Source: Okamejei kenojei (taxonomy: Eukaryota). From it: a stretch of DNA of 64,000 nt. Below are positions 52,068 through 64,000 of the stretch, one piece after another. Under the pieces are notes generated by a model. It had not been told where the DNA came from. It worked only from the letters and a program-made list of their open reading frames with translations, and ran no database searches. The position numbers and the translations under genes are program-made. The first letter of the stretch is position 1. Every line of letters begins with the position of its first letter. The stretch covers positions 60,760,001 to 60,824,000 of the forward strand of contig CM069140.1 in assembly GCA_035221665.1 (NCBI GenBank). The letters run 5' to 3'.

Positions 52068-52315
52068 TGTTGAAGGTGCAATAAATATTGGCTGTTCCTT
52101 GGAATAACTACAATAATCTTCAAATTAGTTTCACAGGATCTTCTAATTGTACGAGGGAAAACTTCAGTTTATTATCTCACCTAAAAGATAAATCCTCTCT
52201 GACATGTCTTCTATATTACGATGAAGTGTCATCCTGGATTAGATGCTCAGGTCTCTCGAATGGGACAAACTTACAATCTTAATGTTTTTCAAGTAAGTTT
52301 ATTACCAACTGAACT
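52068..52315. mobile_element. Ancient Deu-domain SINE remnant
   Basis: ataaatattggc ... ggatcttc ... cagtttattatctcacctaaaaga ... gtgtcatcctggattagatgctcaggtctct, same order as the recalled Deu-SINE consensus. Confidence 0.55.
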
Positions 52316-53107
52316 ATTTTTTCCCTTTTGCATGTAAAATTGGTGTACTCCAATGGGGATAATGCACATGGTTAAAAACAAAGAACATCGTCACCGATTG
52401 TCAGATCACTGAAAGCATTGCACTAATTATCGTGACGGTAGATTTCATGCATCAAACTACTTCTGGTCCCCATAATTTAGAATCACTGTAACATATTATT
52501 ATGTGGAGTCACTTTAACCTATAACTAAGAAGGAATAATTTGGAGCAATTGGATTATTTGGGAAATGTAGTGAGGGGGGGGGGGGGGGGGGGGGGGGGGG
52601 GAGGAGTGGTTTGTGGTGATAGTGTGAAGGACGAACAATTGAACAAGGAAGAGTGAAATAAAGGACCAGGGTATTATATTTACCAGTGAAGAGCTATAAG
52701 GAGTATATTTATCAATAAGGAGCCAACTATTGAGCATTAGTCATTGTGTCATTCTACTGCATCAGCAGATCCCACAATATACAGTCCAAGTAACAATTGT
52801 TTGGGTGTAGCACCGAGTCCGTGCTTTTTTTTTTAAGCCATTGCTACATAGGAAGATGCAAAGCCAACCAAATCCATCTAATGTTCTAGTAGGAGTACCA
52901 AATAAGAATCAAGAATAAAATACAACTTGATGTTTACTTTTTTCTAACTTGGAACAACTTTTGTCAATTTCTTTCGTCCACAGCAACATCAAATGAAACC
53001 AACTAAATAACACAGAAATCAAGGCTCCACTTTGGATTTCCTACACTAATACCTAAAAAGAACATGATAATTGTCTATTGATTCATAGACAGATTTCATG
53101 AAGACTT

Positions 53108-53645
53108 GTGTAGGAGGAACTGCAGATGCTAATTTAAACCAAAGATAGACACAAAATGCTGGAGTAAACGCTGGGACAAGCAGCATATCTGGAGAGAAGG
53201 AATGCGTAATGTTTCGGGTCGAGACTCTTCTTCAGAGTGATGTCAGAGAAGAGAGAGATACATAGATAAGGAAGTGTAAGGTGTGAAAATAGGACAAAGG
53301 GAATGGGAAATGTAGAATAGATCATTGTTAGCTGGGAGAAGGTAACAACAAAGTAAACAGATAAAATATAGTCAGAGATAGTAAATCTGGTCGGAGAACT
53401 GGGAAGGGAGAGAAAGGAAAAGCAAGGGTTACTTGAAGTTAGAGAAGTCAATGTTCATATCGCTGGGGTAGAAGCTGCCCAAACAAAATAAGAGGTGCTG
53501 TTCCTCCAATTTGCACTGGGCCTTACTCTGACAATGGAGGAGGCTCAGGACAGAAAGGTCAGTGTGGGAGGGGGAGTCAAAGTGTTTAGCAATCGGAAGA
53601 TCTGGTGGGTTTAGGTGAACTGAACGGAGATGTTCAGTGAAACAA
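53108..53645 (-). mobile_element. Penelope-like 3' end
   Basis: ORF 53429..53704: FTEHLRSV..PDLPIAKHFDSPSH..KLEEQHLLFCLGS; terminal module at 53108-53235. Confidence 0.92.
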
Positions 53646-54064
53646 AGACTTTTTGAACTTTCCAAAGAAAAAAAACTGCCAATGTCATCATTCTTATATT
53701 TCAAACAGACAACTAACTAAGTTTCAAAACCAGACAATGCAGAAATGCTAACCTATATAACTGTAAAGTAAACCAAATCACTATCTTAATTCCTTCCTCT
53801 TGTCTGAATCAGTACAATAAGCAGAAATATTGTTTATAGATGAGGGAAGAGACAATTGCAGAAAAGATCAAACATTACATTTGCCATTCACTTTTTATTT
53901 ATATATTGCTTTTTTTTGCATATCATGACATCTATTGAGAATGTTTACAGACCTATTATGCTGCTGCAAGTAGGAATTTAATTGTTCCATTTTGGTACAT
54001 ATGCCAATTACACAAAATGATTCTTGCTACCACGGTCCACCTCCCAGATGACATTTCAGTATTG

Positions 54065-54675
54065 TAAAGGGGACTCACGCGTGTGGGTAGCGCGGGGACG
54101 GGCGCATGGAGTGGTGTGGAGGAGCGTGGGGGAATGTGGAGTGGCGTGGAGGAATGTGGACTCCGTCCTGAACTAAATCTTCGCGCGCCACTGGCCTGTC
54201 GCGTAACTGACGGCCCAAGACCCTGGCGCGACGCAACGTCTCACCTCCAACAGCAGCAAAATCAGGCAAATGATCGCCGAACTCAGCCTGGGGCTCACCG
54301 CCGTTGTGGATCTAGATCCGCCCCCACTCCTACTCCCAGAGCGGGGCCAGGAAGATTGAAGATAGACACAAAATGCAGGAGTAACCCAGCGGGACCGGCA
54401 GCATCTCTGGAGAGAAGGAATGGATGACGTTTCGGGTCAAGACCTTTCTTTCAGACTGAAGAAGTCACGACCCAAAACATCATCCATTGCTTCTCTCCAG
54501 AGTTTCTGCCGGTCCCGCTGAGTTACTCCTGGATTTTGTGTCCATCTTCAAATGACGTCACGCGCTCCAGACAGCCCTGCGGGTGCATGATGATGCGCAC
54601 GACTTTCGCGGGACCGTCGCTCGACCATCACTACCCGCCTGTCACGTAAGTGACGGCCCAAGTGGGACAGGCCCT
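54065..54675. mobile_element. PIF/Harbinger-like non-autonomous element carrying a Penelope-terminus hairpin (54355-54550)
   Basis: Right terminus AAGTGGGACAGGCCCT|TTA; CpG-rich; subterminal motif gtc(g/a)cgtaa(c/g)tgacggcccaag occurs twice; left boundary uncertain. Confidence 0.6.
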
Positions 54676-54724
54676 TTAGGCACTATGTAGGTGTTTCCTT
54701 GCAATTTGTTACGTAAAACATGAC

Positions 54725-54940
54725 CTTTCAGATGGACGTTAAGATACCAGAACTTAACCAAGAATAGAACCCAATGTCCTGATTAATATTTATTCAACAA
54801 GCATCACCAGATTTGATAATTCAGTCAATATATCATTGCTATTTCTGTGATCTCGCTATTTACAAAATGGCTGCCCAGCTTCCTACGTGACAATATAAAT
54901 ACTGTCAATAAACTTTTAAGAACTTAGTGACATTCTACTA
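54725..54940. mobile_element. Ancient Deu-domain SINE remnant (opposite orientation to 52068-52315)
   Basis: cagatggacgttaagat ... tgtcctgattaatatttattc ... tcattgctatttctgtgatctcgct ... aaaatggctgcc. Confidence 0.55.
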
Positions 54941-57900
54941 ATGGAAAAGATTTCCATTCCCCCTATGAATTGCAATTTGCTCTTGTATTATTGGATTTCG
55001 ACATCCCTAACTAGTTTCAGACAACAGCCAATTATTTGACTCAACTTTCTTTTTACAAAACCACCAAAATTACATTCACTTCGAAAACTGAATATTTTGA
55101 TCAAGGAAATCTGATGAATTCACAAGCTACCCAATTTATGTGTACATAATAGCCAATATTTACAACCAAAATATGAGGAAGGCTAACTATTATTTATGTA
55201 TAAATTGTCTGCAGATCTGTGCCCCTTTATTAGGTTTCTAAAAAAAGACTTGCTTTCTGGCTCACACTCCAAAAATATTGAACACTGTGAAGATCCTGTA
55301 CTGGTGAATACAAATTACGTTCACCATAAAAAAGTTAAGGGTTGTCCTTGTGAGAACTGTTAATTACTGCTAAACAACCCTTCCAACATGGATAGCTAAC
55401 TACGACATGTGGGAAGCACATTCTATCAACTTTAATTGCTTTTCTAAAAATCCCCAGCAACATTTAATTTAAATTTTACTTTGTCACTCTTTTGTCCCTT
55501 CTCCATGCTCTCAATCCAACCTTTCTTTCTCCCTAATTTAGTGATTTGCATGTGATTCAACAATGAATTCATTATTTTATCATGTTTTCCTGGCTCTCCA
55601 CTGGTTAATCTCAGTCTGATTGGTTAAGGAGTTACAACATTGCTAGCATGTTCACACAGGTCTCTGAGGCACTGGTGAAGGACACCACATTTACGTGCTC
55701 TCTATCTAACAAAGCCACATGCAAAGTAAACATGCATGAACAAATATACCAAAAACAGGCTCTTGTTCATCTTGTTCAACAGGCTCCTGTTAAATATGGC
55801 CCAATATTTCTTAGATAAGACAATTTGTAGACTGTACCTTAACCCATCGCTAACTAGAAATGCTACCCATTCATGTTAGCAACAGCTACTGATCCACAAC
55901 CCACATCTTCACAAGGCATAATTCATGTCCAGTCCCGAATTGCTGTCCAGGCACAAATTATGAAGGTGGTTTCCATGAAACATCTCCAGGCTTAAAAGCA
56001 TATATGTTCACACAGACTGCATTACAAACACTGTTAAGTGGCACATTAAACATTAAGAAGCATTTAAAAGTTGTCTCTAAATCCCAGATGACTAGTTTTG
56101 CAATGGGTACCTACCATCAAAACAAACGGATGGCTTTGGTCAAGCTCTTCAATATTGTTAATATTAGAAGTAGCAAATTAATTGGCCTGTAGTTTCCTGC
56201 TGTCTATCTTCCTCTCTATTTGAATAAAAGAATGAAACATGGTATTTTTGAATCTAATGGAACCTACCTTGAATCTAATTTTGGAAAATTGAAACCAATG
56301 CATCAACTATTTCATAAGCCACTTATTTAATTATCATAGGAAGAAGCCCATTGGGTCCGAGGAACCTAGATCCTTGATGCAAATCACTTGTCATGCATCA
56401 GCCTCTCTCTGAATGTTTTACAGGCTTTGTTTAAGAGAAATTAGAATGGGAAATGAACATTCTGCAGTAATCAGCAAAACATCTTTACTTCTAGAATTAT
56501 AATGAAACCATAGTCATTGCACAAATAACAGAGGATGGATAGGCCTGGAATACTGTCCCAAAAGGATCTTGCAATGATCTCAAAGCCTGGAATAATTGTC
56601 ATTGAACAACCATCTTCTTTTGTGCAGTACAGGACTCCAACCATTGGCAGTGGCTTCCCATTGATGTCCACTTATTTCAGTTTTACCAGTCCTTGATATC
56701 ATAGTCAGTCAAATGGTACCTTGATGTCAATGGAAGTCAGTTCTTTGCCCTGTTTTGACAGGTGCCGTGACAAGACCGGGAGCCAATACTGACAAAACCA
56801 AAAACTGGGCATCTGGAGTGTCAGTGCTGCTAGATTTCACAACAGCTTCCATCTCTTCACCAGCAATTGAGTGTGGACAAATTGGGAAGTAATTGGCTGA
56901 ATTGGATTAGTCCTATTGTGGACTGTACAAAAACGAGCAATCTTCCAAACTATCACGCGAAGAATTAGCGTTGAACAGAAGTACTTTTGAGATGCAACCC
57001 TTTGTCATGTAGTGGATTACATCTCTACAAATATTAAAATGGAAAGGTTGTTAAAATTTGCACTCAATCCATACTTTTATCTGGATGTAAAACCTAGATG
57101 CTGCATTCAAGACGAGTACATTTTTGGATGTGGTGTTGATTATTAGATGCTATGATTTTATCCACCATGCAAAAGGAATAGGAACCAAATGTGAGAAGAT
57201 TGTATCAGTTCAGATCATTGCAAAGTGTTTTTTGGTTACTTTGTCCACTCAGAGACAAACTTCCCATAACTTAAACAATGCAGACTGGAACAGAAATCAG
57301 AACGGGAAACATCCTTCCCCAGATTGGAACAAACTATTGGGTTATCTCAGTTAACCTAGCTAGATGTCCATTTCCCGCCATAGATGCTGCCACCCTGCTG
57401 AATTACTCCAGCACTTTGGTTTTACTCCAGCACCAGTCCACACTACGATTCAAGCATTACCAATGGAACAATCTTCTCTGTTCTGCACATAACAGTGAAG
57501 AGGACAATGAGGATCCAAGGTATGAATAAAGATTTATCAGCAGCTTATTGGGATGGAAAACTTTTCATTGAAGACCCCTTATCAGAACATTAAGCGATAT
57601 TTCCTTCCACATATGCTGATTGACTAGCTGAGTTCTTCCAGCATTTCTATTTTTATTTCAGATTCCCGCATCTCCAGTACAGTATTTTTGCTTTCCAAGC
57701 TTAGATTGGGCTGGACTTTATGAAGAATGGAATGCCAGTAAGGGAAGGCACTATTATAATTGAATCATGAGAAGACATCAATAATGTCTAGAGGAAGATG
57801 GGCTGAAGCAACAGTAGTGACAAAGAATGATTTATAAATGAAAACAAGCAGTCTGTGAGATGGAGACTATATGTGGGACAGAAACTTAACCAGTGCTTAA

Positions 57901-58745
57901 GTTGACATGAGAGTGTTAACAATTAAGTTCAACCAGTAACGGTAGCCAAGAAGAAAAATAGAATAAAGGGAGGAAGTAGAACTGGTCATAAGTTAGCGGT
58001 CACAAGTTAGTTTCAAATTTCCTAGTTTAAATTGCCAACTGTGCCTATAAAATCGGAGTAAAATTACCTGGGCTACCTTTGGACTATGCACTGTACCACT
58101 AGTCTACAAAGGTCACAAATCTAAATTAGATATAGAAGGAAAGCACCAAAATAAATAATAAATGAATTAAGGTGCACGTAAATACTCTGATACCATGAAG
58201 TCACAGGCCTTTCAGCTCATCAAATATAGAAAGTAACTTGCTTAAAGCAAGTTTGAATCCACAACTCAAGTGTATGCAATATCAAATTGCACCACCACAT
58301 AAGAATGCTGATCATAAGGAAAACTATGGTAGCAATAAGGTAATGATATTCAATGAACAAAAATCTTCAACTTCTGTGTAACTTAAAAATATCCAACATT
58401 CAGATTGTTTTAGTGGTGTTCAAAGGAATCAACACGAAAAGGAATGCAGCATATTAAACCTCGAAAGAAAAATACGTGATAATTACAGTATACAAAAGAT
58501 CAAAAAAGATCAGCATTTAACCAAAAAGTATTTCGGTAAGACGAGAGATCTGAGGGTGGGGGAGGGGAGGGGTGCTGGGAGAGTATGAAGGGGGGGGGGG
58601 GAAGCAAATTCCTCCTACACTAGAACAAAAGAGCCATCATTGTGATTATCTCCTCTTCCTCTGACAAATAATGTTCCTCTTCTAATCACAATACGAAAAT
58701 TACACAATAATGTATACAGCTAACTGTGTTTCACCTTTTTCGGGG

Positions 58746-58917
58746 NNNNNNNNNNNNNNNNNNNNNNNNNNNNNNNNNNNNNNNNNNNNNNNNNNNNNNN
58801 NNNNNNNNNNNNNNNNNNNNNNNNNNNNNNNNNNNNNNNNNNNNNNNNNNNNNNNNNNNNNNNNNNNNNNNNNNNNNNNNNNNNNNNNNNNNNNNNNNNN
58901 NNNNNNNNNNNNNNNNN
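58746..58917. other. Assembly gap
   Basis: Run of N. Confidence 1.
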
Positions 58918-59691
58918 AGAACAGAAGAAAATTGGGCAATAATATTCATTAAAAAATGGAAATCCTGACATTTCAGCCCTTCAAGTTAATTATTGAGTAA
59001 CTGATCAATTGCTATACTTGGCAACCTTCATACAAGTCAAATATAATTGCAATGAGTTGAGAACAAGATGGCTCCTACAGTAAAAGGTCCACTGCAGAAA
59101 ATCAGACTTTCAAAATCAATACTTAATGCTCCAAAAAGTTTAAATGATAGATTAAAAACATAATTCAAAAAAAAATTCAACTGGCTTTCAGTACAATTGT
59201 GCATAGAACTGCAATGCTAGTCCATATAAATGCATTATATATTTGACAATATATTCAAATAGGGATATACTTAGTATTTTTATTTGTAAATTTCAATCAT
59301 GAAATCTAACCACAAAATGTGAGTGGCTGCATATTCACCAAATGTTCTTATAAACTAGTTGATCATTCTCACACAGAGCTATGTCAGAATTCATAATCAG
59401 ATTACAGAAGTACTGCTTATTATGACCAGGCTCTCCAGCTTCAATGGCTAGAACACTAAAAGCTTTCATGTTAACCGTTCTCCATTATCTTAAACATTTA
59501 AATAAACGCGAATGACAGAACACACCAAAGCCTGAAACGCATTAATTAATCACCAATTTAATGACTTTCTCCGAAGTAACCAGAAGTCTTGTCTTGATTT
59601 AAAATCACGAATCATTTACCAAATTAACGTGCATTTTCAACATAGACCAACCCGCCTTGAAACGCAGCTTTAAAACACACTTGGTTCTAAC

Positions 59692-59826
59692 CTTTGGACG
59701 GCGGGATAAAATTATACTTTTACTAAGCTTTTGTAAAGGATCAGGGCTCCGAATAAGGAGCGTCTCCAAACGATCAGATACATTGATCCACGATTGCACA
59801 AGCTCGCGGATCAAGTTCACTCGCAT
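59692..59826 (-). other. Candidate alternative first coding exon (45 codons)
   Basis: gagATG at 59826, open frame MRVNLIRELVQSWINVSDRLETLLIRSPDPLQKLSKSIILSRRPK, donor AAG|GTTAGA; lies in the CpG-retaining zone. Confidence 0.2.
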
Positions 59827-60999
59827 CTCTGAGGTCTCTACGGAGAAACCGACGCCACCATTTGAAACACACTCGCAATTCAACAGGGAGAGAAAAAAAG
59901 AACATCGAGCCTTTAACAAATCTAAAAAAAAATAAAAATCGGAAAAAAATGGAAACGGTCCATTCACATGACACAAGGTAAAAGATCAGGTTTAAACACG
60001 GTACTCAAAATTTAGCTTAATGATCTTGGGTCATTACCAATGTTAAAGACAAAGATTAAATAGCCCAAATAATCTTCCACACCATATATATAAATCAGAC
60101 CAAACCAATCTTAAATAATTTGAAAGCCCAGAAAGTGAGCTTTTCAAATCTTTGTCAATCATGCTTATTTAAAAAATATCACGAGATTCAACAACCTTCA
60201 TACAGGGCTCCAAAAGAGTAATTTTGTCAATCGGTGAAAGAAAATTATATTATTCATGTTTTTCTCCATTTCAAATGCCGATGTTTTATTTCAATGTTCC
60301 TTTCACATACCGTACACCTAGCCTCAAAATCAATTACGTGTTACACAACGGGAAGCCTGCCAGTTAGAAATAATTTTAAAATCATCAATGGCATACTTCT
60401 CATCCTGATAAACAATCCTGTGTCCCGAGGAACAATGTCGTACTCTTCTAACATCTGAAGCCAATGCCTCTACATTAAAAAATAATTGAGAAACGACCCG
60501 GTCGCACTTGGTCAACGCGATTGCAAGAGAAAAATATCAAAAACGATGCAAACCCACTTGCTCAACGTGAACATGAGGGTAGAGTTAAGAACAAAAAAAC
60601 CCACATTTCAAATGATCGTCTCCAGTTTCAATCCTCATCTACAACAAGCTAAATCAAGCAAGCAAAAAAAAAAGAGGGTCTGTAGTTTGAACACACCCGC
60701 AGGTAAAACTGGTTATTTTGCAACCACACCGATTTCTGGGGACTCCCTTTGTGTTCCCAATTTAAGTTTATCCTGCTGAAATTTCAATCGCCGTTTGGAT
60801 CCTCTCGCTTTCAACAGGCGGCGGAGTTTTGTCAATTTCTTATTGTGGAAAGAAAGAAAAATAAAATAAACCAGAGTCAGATCAACAAAGTGGTTAATCT
60901 ACCATGGCGATCGCACATCACAAAATAAAAACAAATCAGTTTCCCCACAACATATTTAGTTTATTTTTAAAAAGAGGAATAAAAGCTCCTTTTCAAGAG

Positions 61000-61720
61000 G
61001 CTGCATGCAGCAAGCGAGCCGAGGACAAAACGAAAGCCCGGCTTCACCTGAGGGTTTGCGGATTCAACAACAACAATTAAAAAAAATAATCACTAAACTC
61101 GTCAAACTCCCAGCATTTTCTGTTGGATCGCCCTGTCTGCAGGTTTCAGTGCTCGTCTACTCACCGCGCACGGTTGCCTCAAGTCTCCCACAGCTCGGCG
61201 CATAATGTCCAGCTGCCCGGCTCACGATGCCCGTAACTCCGAGCCCGGGCAACACGGGCACCAGCTCCCGCTCACCTCAAGCTCACTCGAACCGCGCCGC
61301 CCAAAAATTAAAACTCCCCTGGTCCCCACAAGTTTATTTCTCTTATTCTCCGTGTCCTTGTGTGTGTTCTTCCTTTCCTCCCTTCGTTCACACACGCACA
61401 CACATTCGGCGCGGGCTCGATCGCACCAGCCGCGTCTCTTTACTCCGGAGCGCTACTTAACATACTTTCCACGGACACCAAAGCCTGCCGCTCGGCGACT
61501 CCGTCCGAACATCTTCGGGAAACTTCGGCGAATGGCGTCATTCGGAGCCGAGCTCGAGCGCTGGCGGTTTGACGGTGGGGGCGGGTGGAAGGCAGAGGGA
61601 ACAGCTCCAGCCAAAGTACAGAAAGGGAATGTCGTGTACCGCCTTCCACTAACAATGCTGCTACTGTGGCGGATCTTGCCTGCAAGACCTCGGCGACACG
61701 CGTAGACAGAAGATTTTTTC
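61000..61720 (-). promoter_or_regulatory. CpG island / promoter of a minus-strand gene
   Basis: GC- and CpG-rich, repeat-free block. GC-box-like GGGGGCGGGT at ~61577-61586; TGACGCCATT (CRE half-site / YY1-like) on the minus strand at ~61531-61540. CpG retention extends ~59.5-62 kb. Confidence 0.8.
61165..61500 (-). other. Probable first exon of the unidentified host gene
   Basis: Consensus donor GCG|GTGAGT after 61165, at the edge of the CpG island. ATG at 61203 gives MRRAVGDLRQPCA (phase 0), either a CDS start or a uORF. TSS not determinable. Confidence 0.55.
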
Positions 61721-62199
61721 AAAGCCTATTCGATGGAAGTGGAAGCCCCTTCTGTTGCATCTGTTCAAGCTGCAAATGGTCTATGCAGAAAGCTCCCGGT
61801 CATGGAAGCATTGCAAATTGTGCTGCAGTTTTGATCGGTGGTCGAGTGCAGGATTTTAAGATGTTTCAATGCAATTAATTTGTTTTTTTTTAGTTTAAAT
61901 ATATTGTTTGAAAAACGAGTAAACGAGTAAAATGAAGTTGAACTGGAAAATCTGGCAAAACGACTACGTTGCTTTTTAAAAAAAACCCCACATATTTGCA
62001 CGCTTGAAAAAAACTCAACTGGTTAAATTGCAGGTAGTACCTGGTGAAATTACCAGGAGATTCCACGAAACTTCCAACTTTCTGCTTGCTATATATCCAG
62101 AATGTATCTTTACTTTCATGGTTACCTTGGCATTTAAAAAAAAAACAGGTCCCATGTGGCAGATAGGTCAGAAAAAGTAAAAACCCAGAGAATCAAAGG

Positions 62200-63110
62200 G
62201 AGAGTGACAAATTAGATTTTAGAAGCAAAGGGTGAAGATTGATGGGCTTTTTCGTGGGCTGACCAATGGGTTGCTCAAGGCTTAGCTATCGTTCCCTTTG
62301 AGTTAGACTTAAATGTAGGGGTGTGATAAAGAATGCAACTGATGCAAAAAAAAAGGTTCAGAGATCACCAAGGAAAGCTTTAACTTCAGAAAGTTAGGTT
62401 TGGTCAGTTGGGCCAAAAATATGTAAATGGTCTTTAATCCACAGAAATGTAGAGAGTGCAACTTGAGAAGGGAATACACAGTGGACAATGAACAGGACCC
62501 CAGAGTGTATGGTGCAGATTTTTAAATGGTGGAGGATAAATCAATCAAGTACTTTGAAAGGGCATTCCCCAGGGCATGGTGTATTAGTTTATGCAAAAAC
62601 AGTTTGTCACACTATTTTGACCACTGTACTACAAAGTGATCTGGTCATCACGTTGCTGGAAGGATGTAATTACCTATTGAAAAAGGGTACAGAAGGGACA
62701 AGACTGGAAAATGTTGGCTATCAGGAAAGCCAGAACGCATGGGTTGCATTCTGTGGAACCTATGAAGCTGAAAGTAACGAAGAAGATTATGAAGGACTTG
62801 GATAGAATAACTAAGAAGGGTCTATTTATCTTTTCAGATAAGTCAAAAAACAAAAAGAGGCATGTTTAAAGTAATTAGTAGAAGTGTGTGGTGGGGGATG
62901 AGGAAATAAGTTATTTCACCCAAAGGATGATAAGGATCTGAAAGTTATTAGCGAAGGGTGGTAGAAAAAGAAAACGTCATTACACTTTTAAAAAAGTACT
63001 TGGATGCTTATTTGAATAGCAATGAATTTCAGGGCCATGGCTATATGCTTGGAGATCCTGCAGCTCTTTTGACAAGCACGAACACGATGGACCAAGTGGA
63101 CTACTGTAAA
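62200..63110 (+). mobile_element. Old degraded CR1 LINE 3' portion
   Basis: Recognisable broken CR1 RT and C-terminal sequence (tttaatccacagaaatgt, tttcacccaaaggatgata, tttaaaaaagtacttggatg). Confidence 0.6.
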
Positions 63111-63914
63111 TGTTTTACTGATTCTATACTCTTTCCTTTCATCTTTAATTCCCATCCTATTTCTGTCATTTAATTTTTATTTCCAGTCACCTCCTCAGAA
63201 GTTCCTTTTTGTCCTCATCACCATTCTGCATCCAAAAGCCTGCAACTTTCCCCACTTGTAATGAAAGATCGCCAATGTTAAATATCATCAATTTCTCTCA
63301 CCACAGATGCTGCTGAATATTTCCAACATTTTCTATTTATACTACATGTACTCAGAGTGCAAGCTACTGAAAAGGTCACGAACAGACCATTGTATTTGTG
63401 CCATATCTGAGCTATTTTATTTATAAAGATGCCATCACATTGTGTAGCAACTAGGTATGATTTTTGAAGACACCTTTACTCCACAGATGAAAATAACCAG
63501 ATACTGAACAAAAAATCAATTATTTGATGAGATCTCAGAAGCAAGGATAGCTAAGTGGAGGCGTTTTTGGAAATAATTGGTGTGTAGCCAAAGTAGCTGT
63601 AGGATCTGCAACTGAGAAAACAGCATATGGAAAGGAGTAATTGACGAAGTACCAAAGTTGGAAAAACAAGGGGCATGTGCGGGAACCTAAGGCCAAGGAT
63701 GATTCTTGTGGTAAGAAATGATGAATCCATGAAAAGATTTGGCAATGAGATTTACTATTTTGAAATAAATGTATTGCAGAATAAATTGCCAGTGCATGTG
63801 GGCAAGTACAGGAAATTTTGGGTTGACCACGTTTGCAGTTTGTGACGAACAGATGTGAGGGACATTATTGGAATAATCCAGTCTGCTAATAACAAAAGAT
63901 ATGAGTAAATATTG

Positions 63915-64000
63915 GAGGTAGCCAAAAATGCTGGAGAAACTCAGTGGGTGAGGCAGCACCTATGGAGCAAAGGAAACTGGCGACATTTCGGGTCGAGACC
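63915..64000 (-). mobile_element. Penelope terminal module, cut by the window end
   Basis: aaaatgctggagaaactcagtgggtgaggcagc ... tttcgggtcgagacc. Confidence 0.8.

Noticed and set aside
61205-61705. 166-aa plus-strand ORF and overlapping ORFs in the CpG island
   Set aside because: No recognisable domain; long ORFs are expected by chance in GC-rich sequence; splice signals point to the minus strand.
2677-64000. CRISPR-like or regularly spaced repeat array
   Set aside because: The recurring palindromic repeats are dispersed, irregularly spaced, in both orientations and attached to Penelope coding remnants; eukaryotic context, no cas genes.

Overview
Vertebrate genomic DNA, most likely from a cartilaginous fish (skate or ray). 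This is inferred from the V-domain HE1-type SINEs, Deu-domain SINEs and the CR1/Penelope/Rex1 repeat mix, not from any database search. No intact multi-exon protein-coding region is visible. The window looks like the 5' part of a large minus-strand gene: a CpG-retaining promoter and first exon at ~59.5-61.7 kb, then ~60 kb of intron with several candidate non-coding or short 5' exons. The gene identity cannot be determined. The intron is packed with transposable elements: CR1, Rex1/Babar, RTE, Tx1-like and Penelope retroelements, SINEs, hAT, Tc1, Tigger, Harbinger-like and Helitron-like DNA elements. The most interesting signal is a family of >20 short Penelope-terminus modules. They carry a hammerhead-ribozyme-like core (CUGAAGA-stem-GAAAC-GUC), and several occur as stand-alone, often fold-back (hairpin) mini-elements with their own 12-17 bp target-site duplications. 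Two assembly gaps are present. Family assignments rest on motif recognition; boundaries of old elements are approximate.
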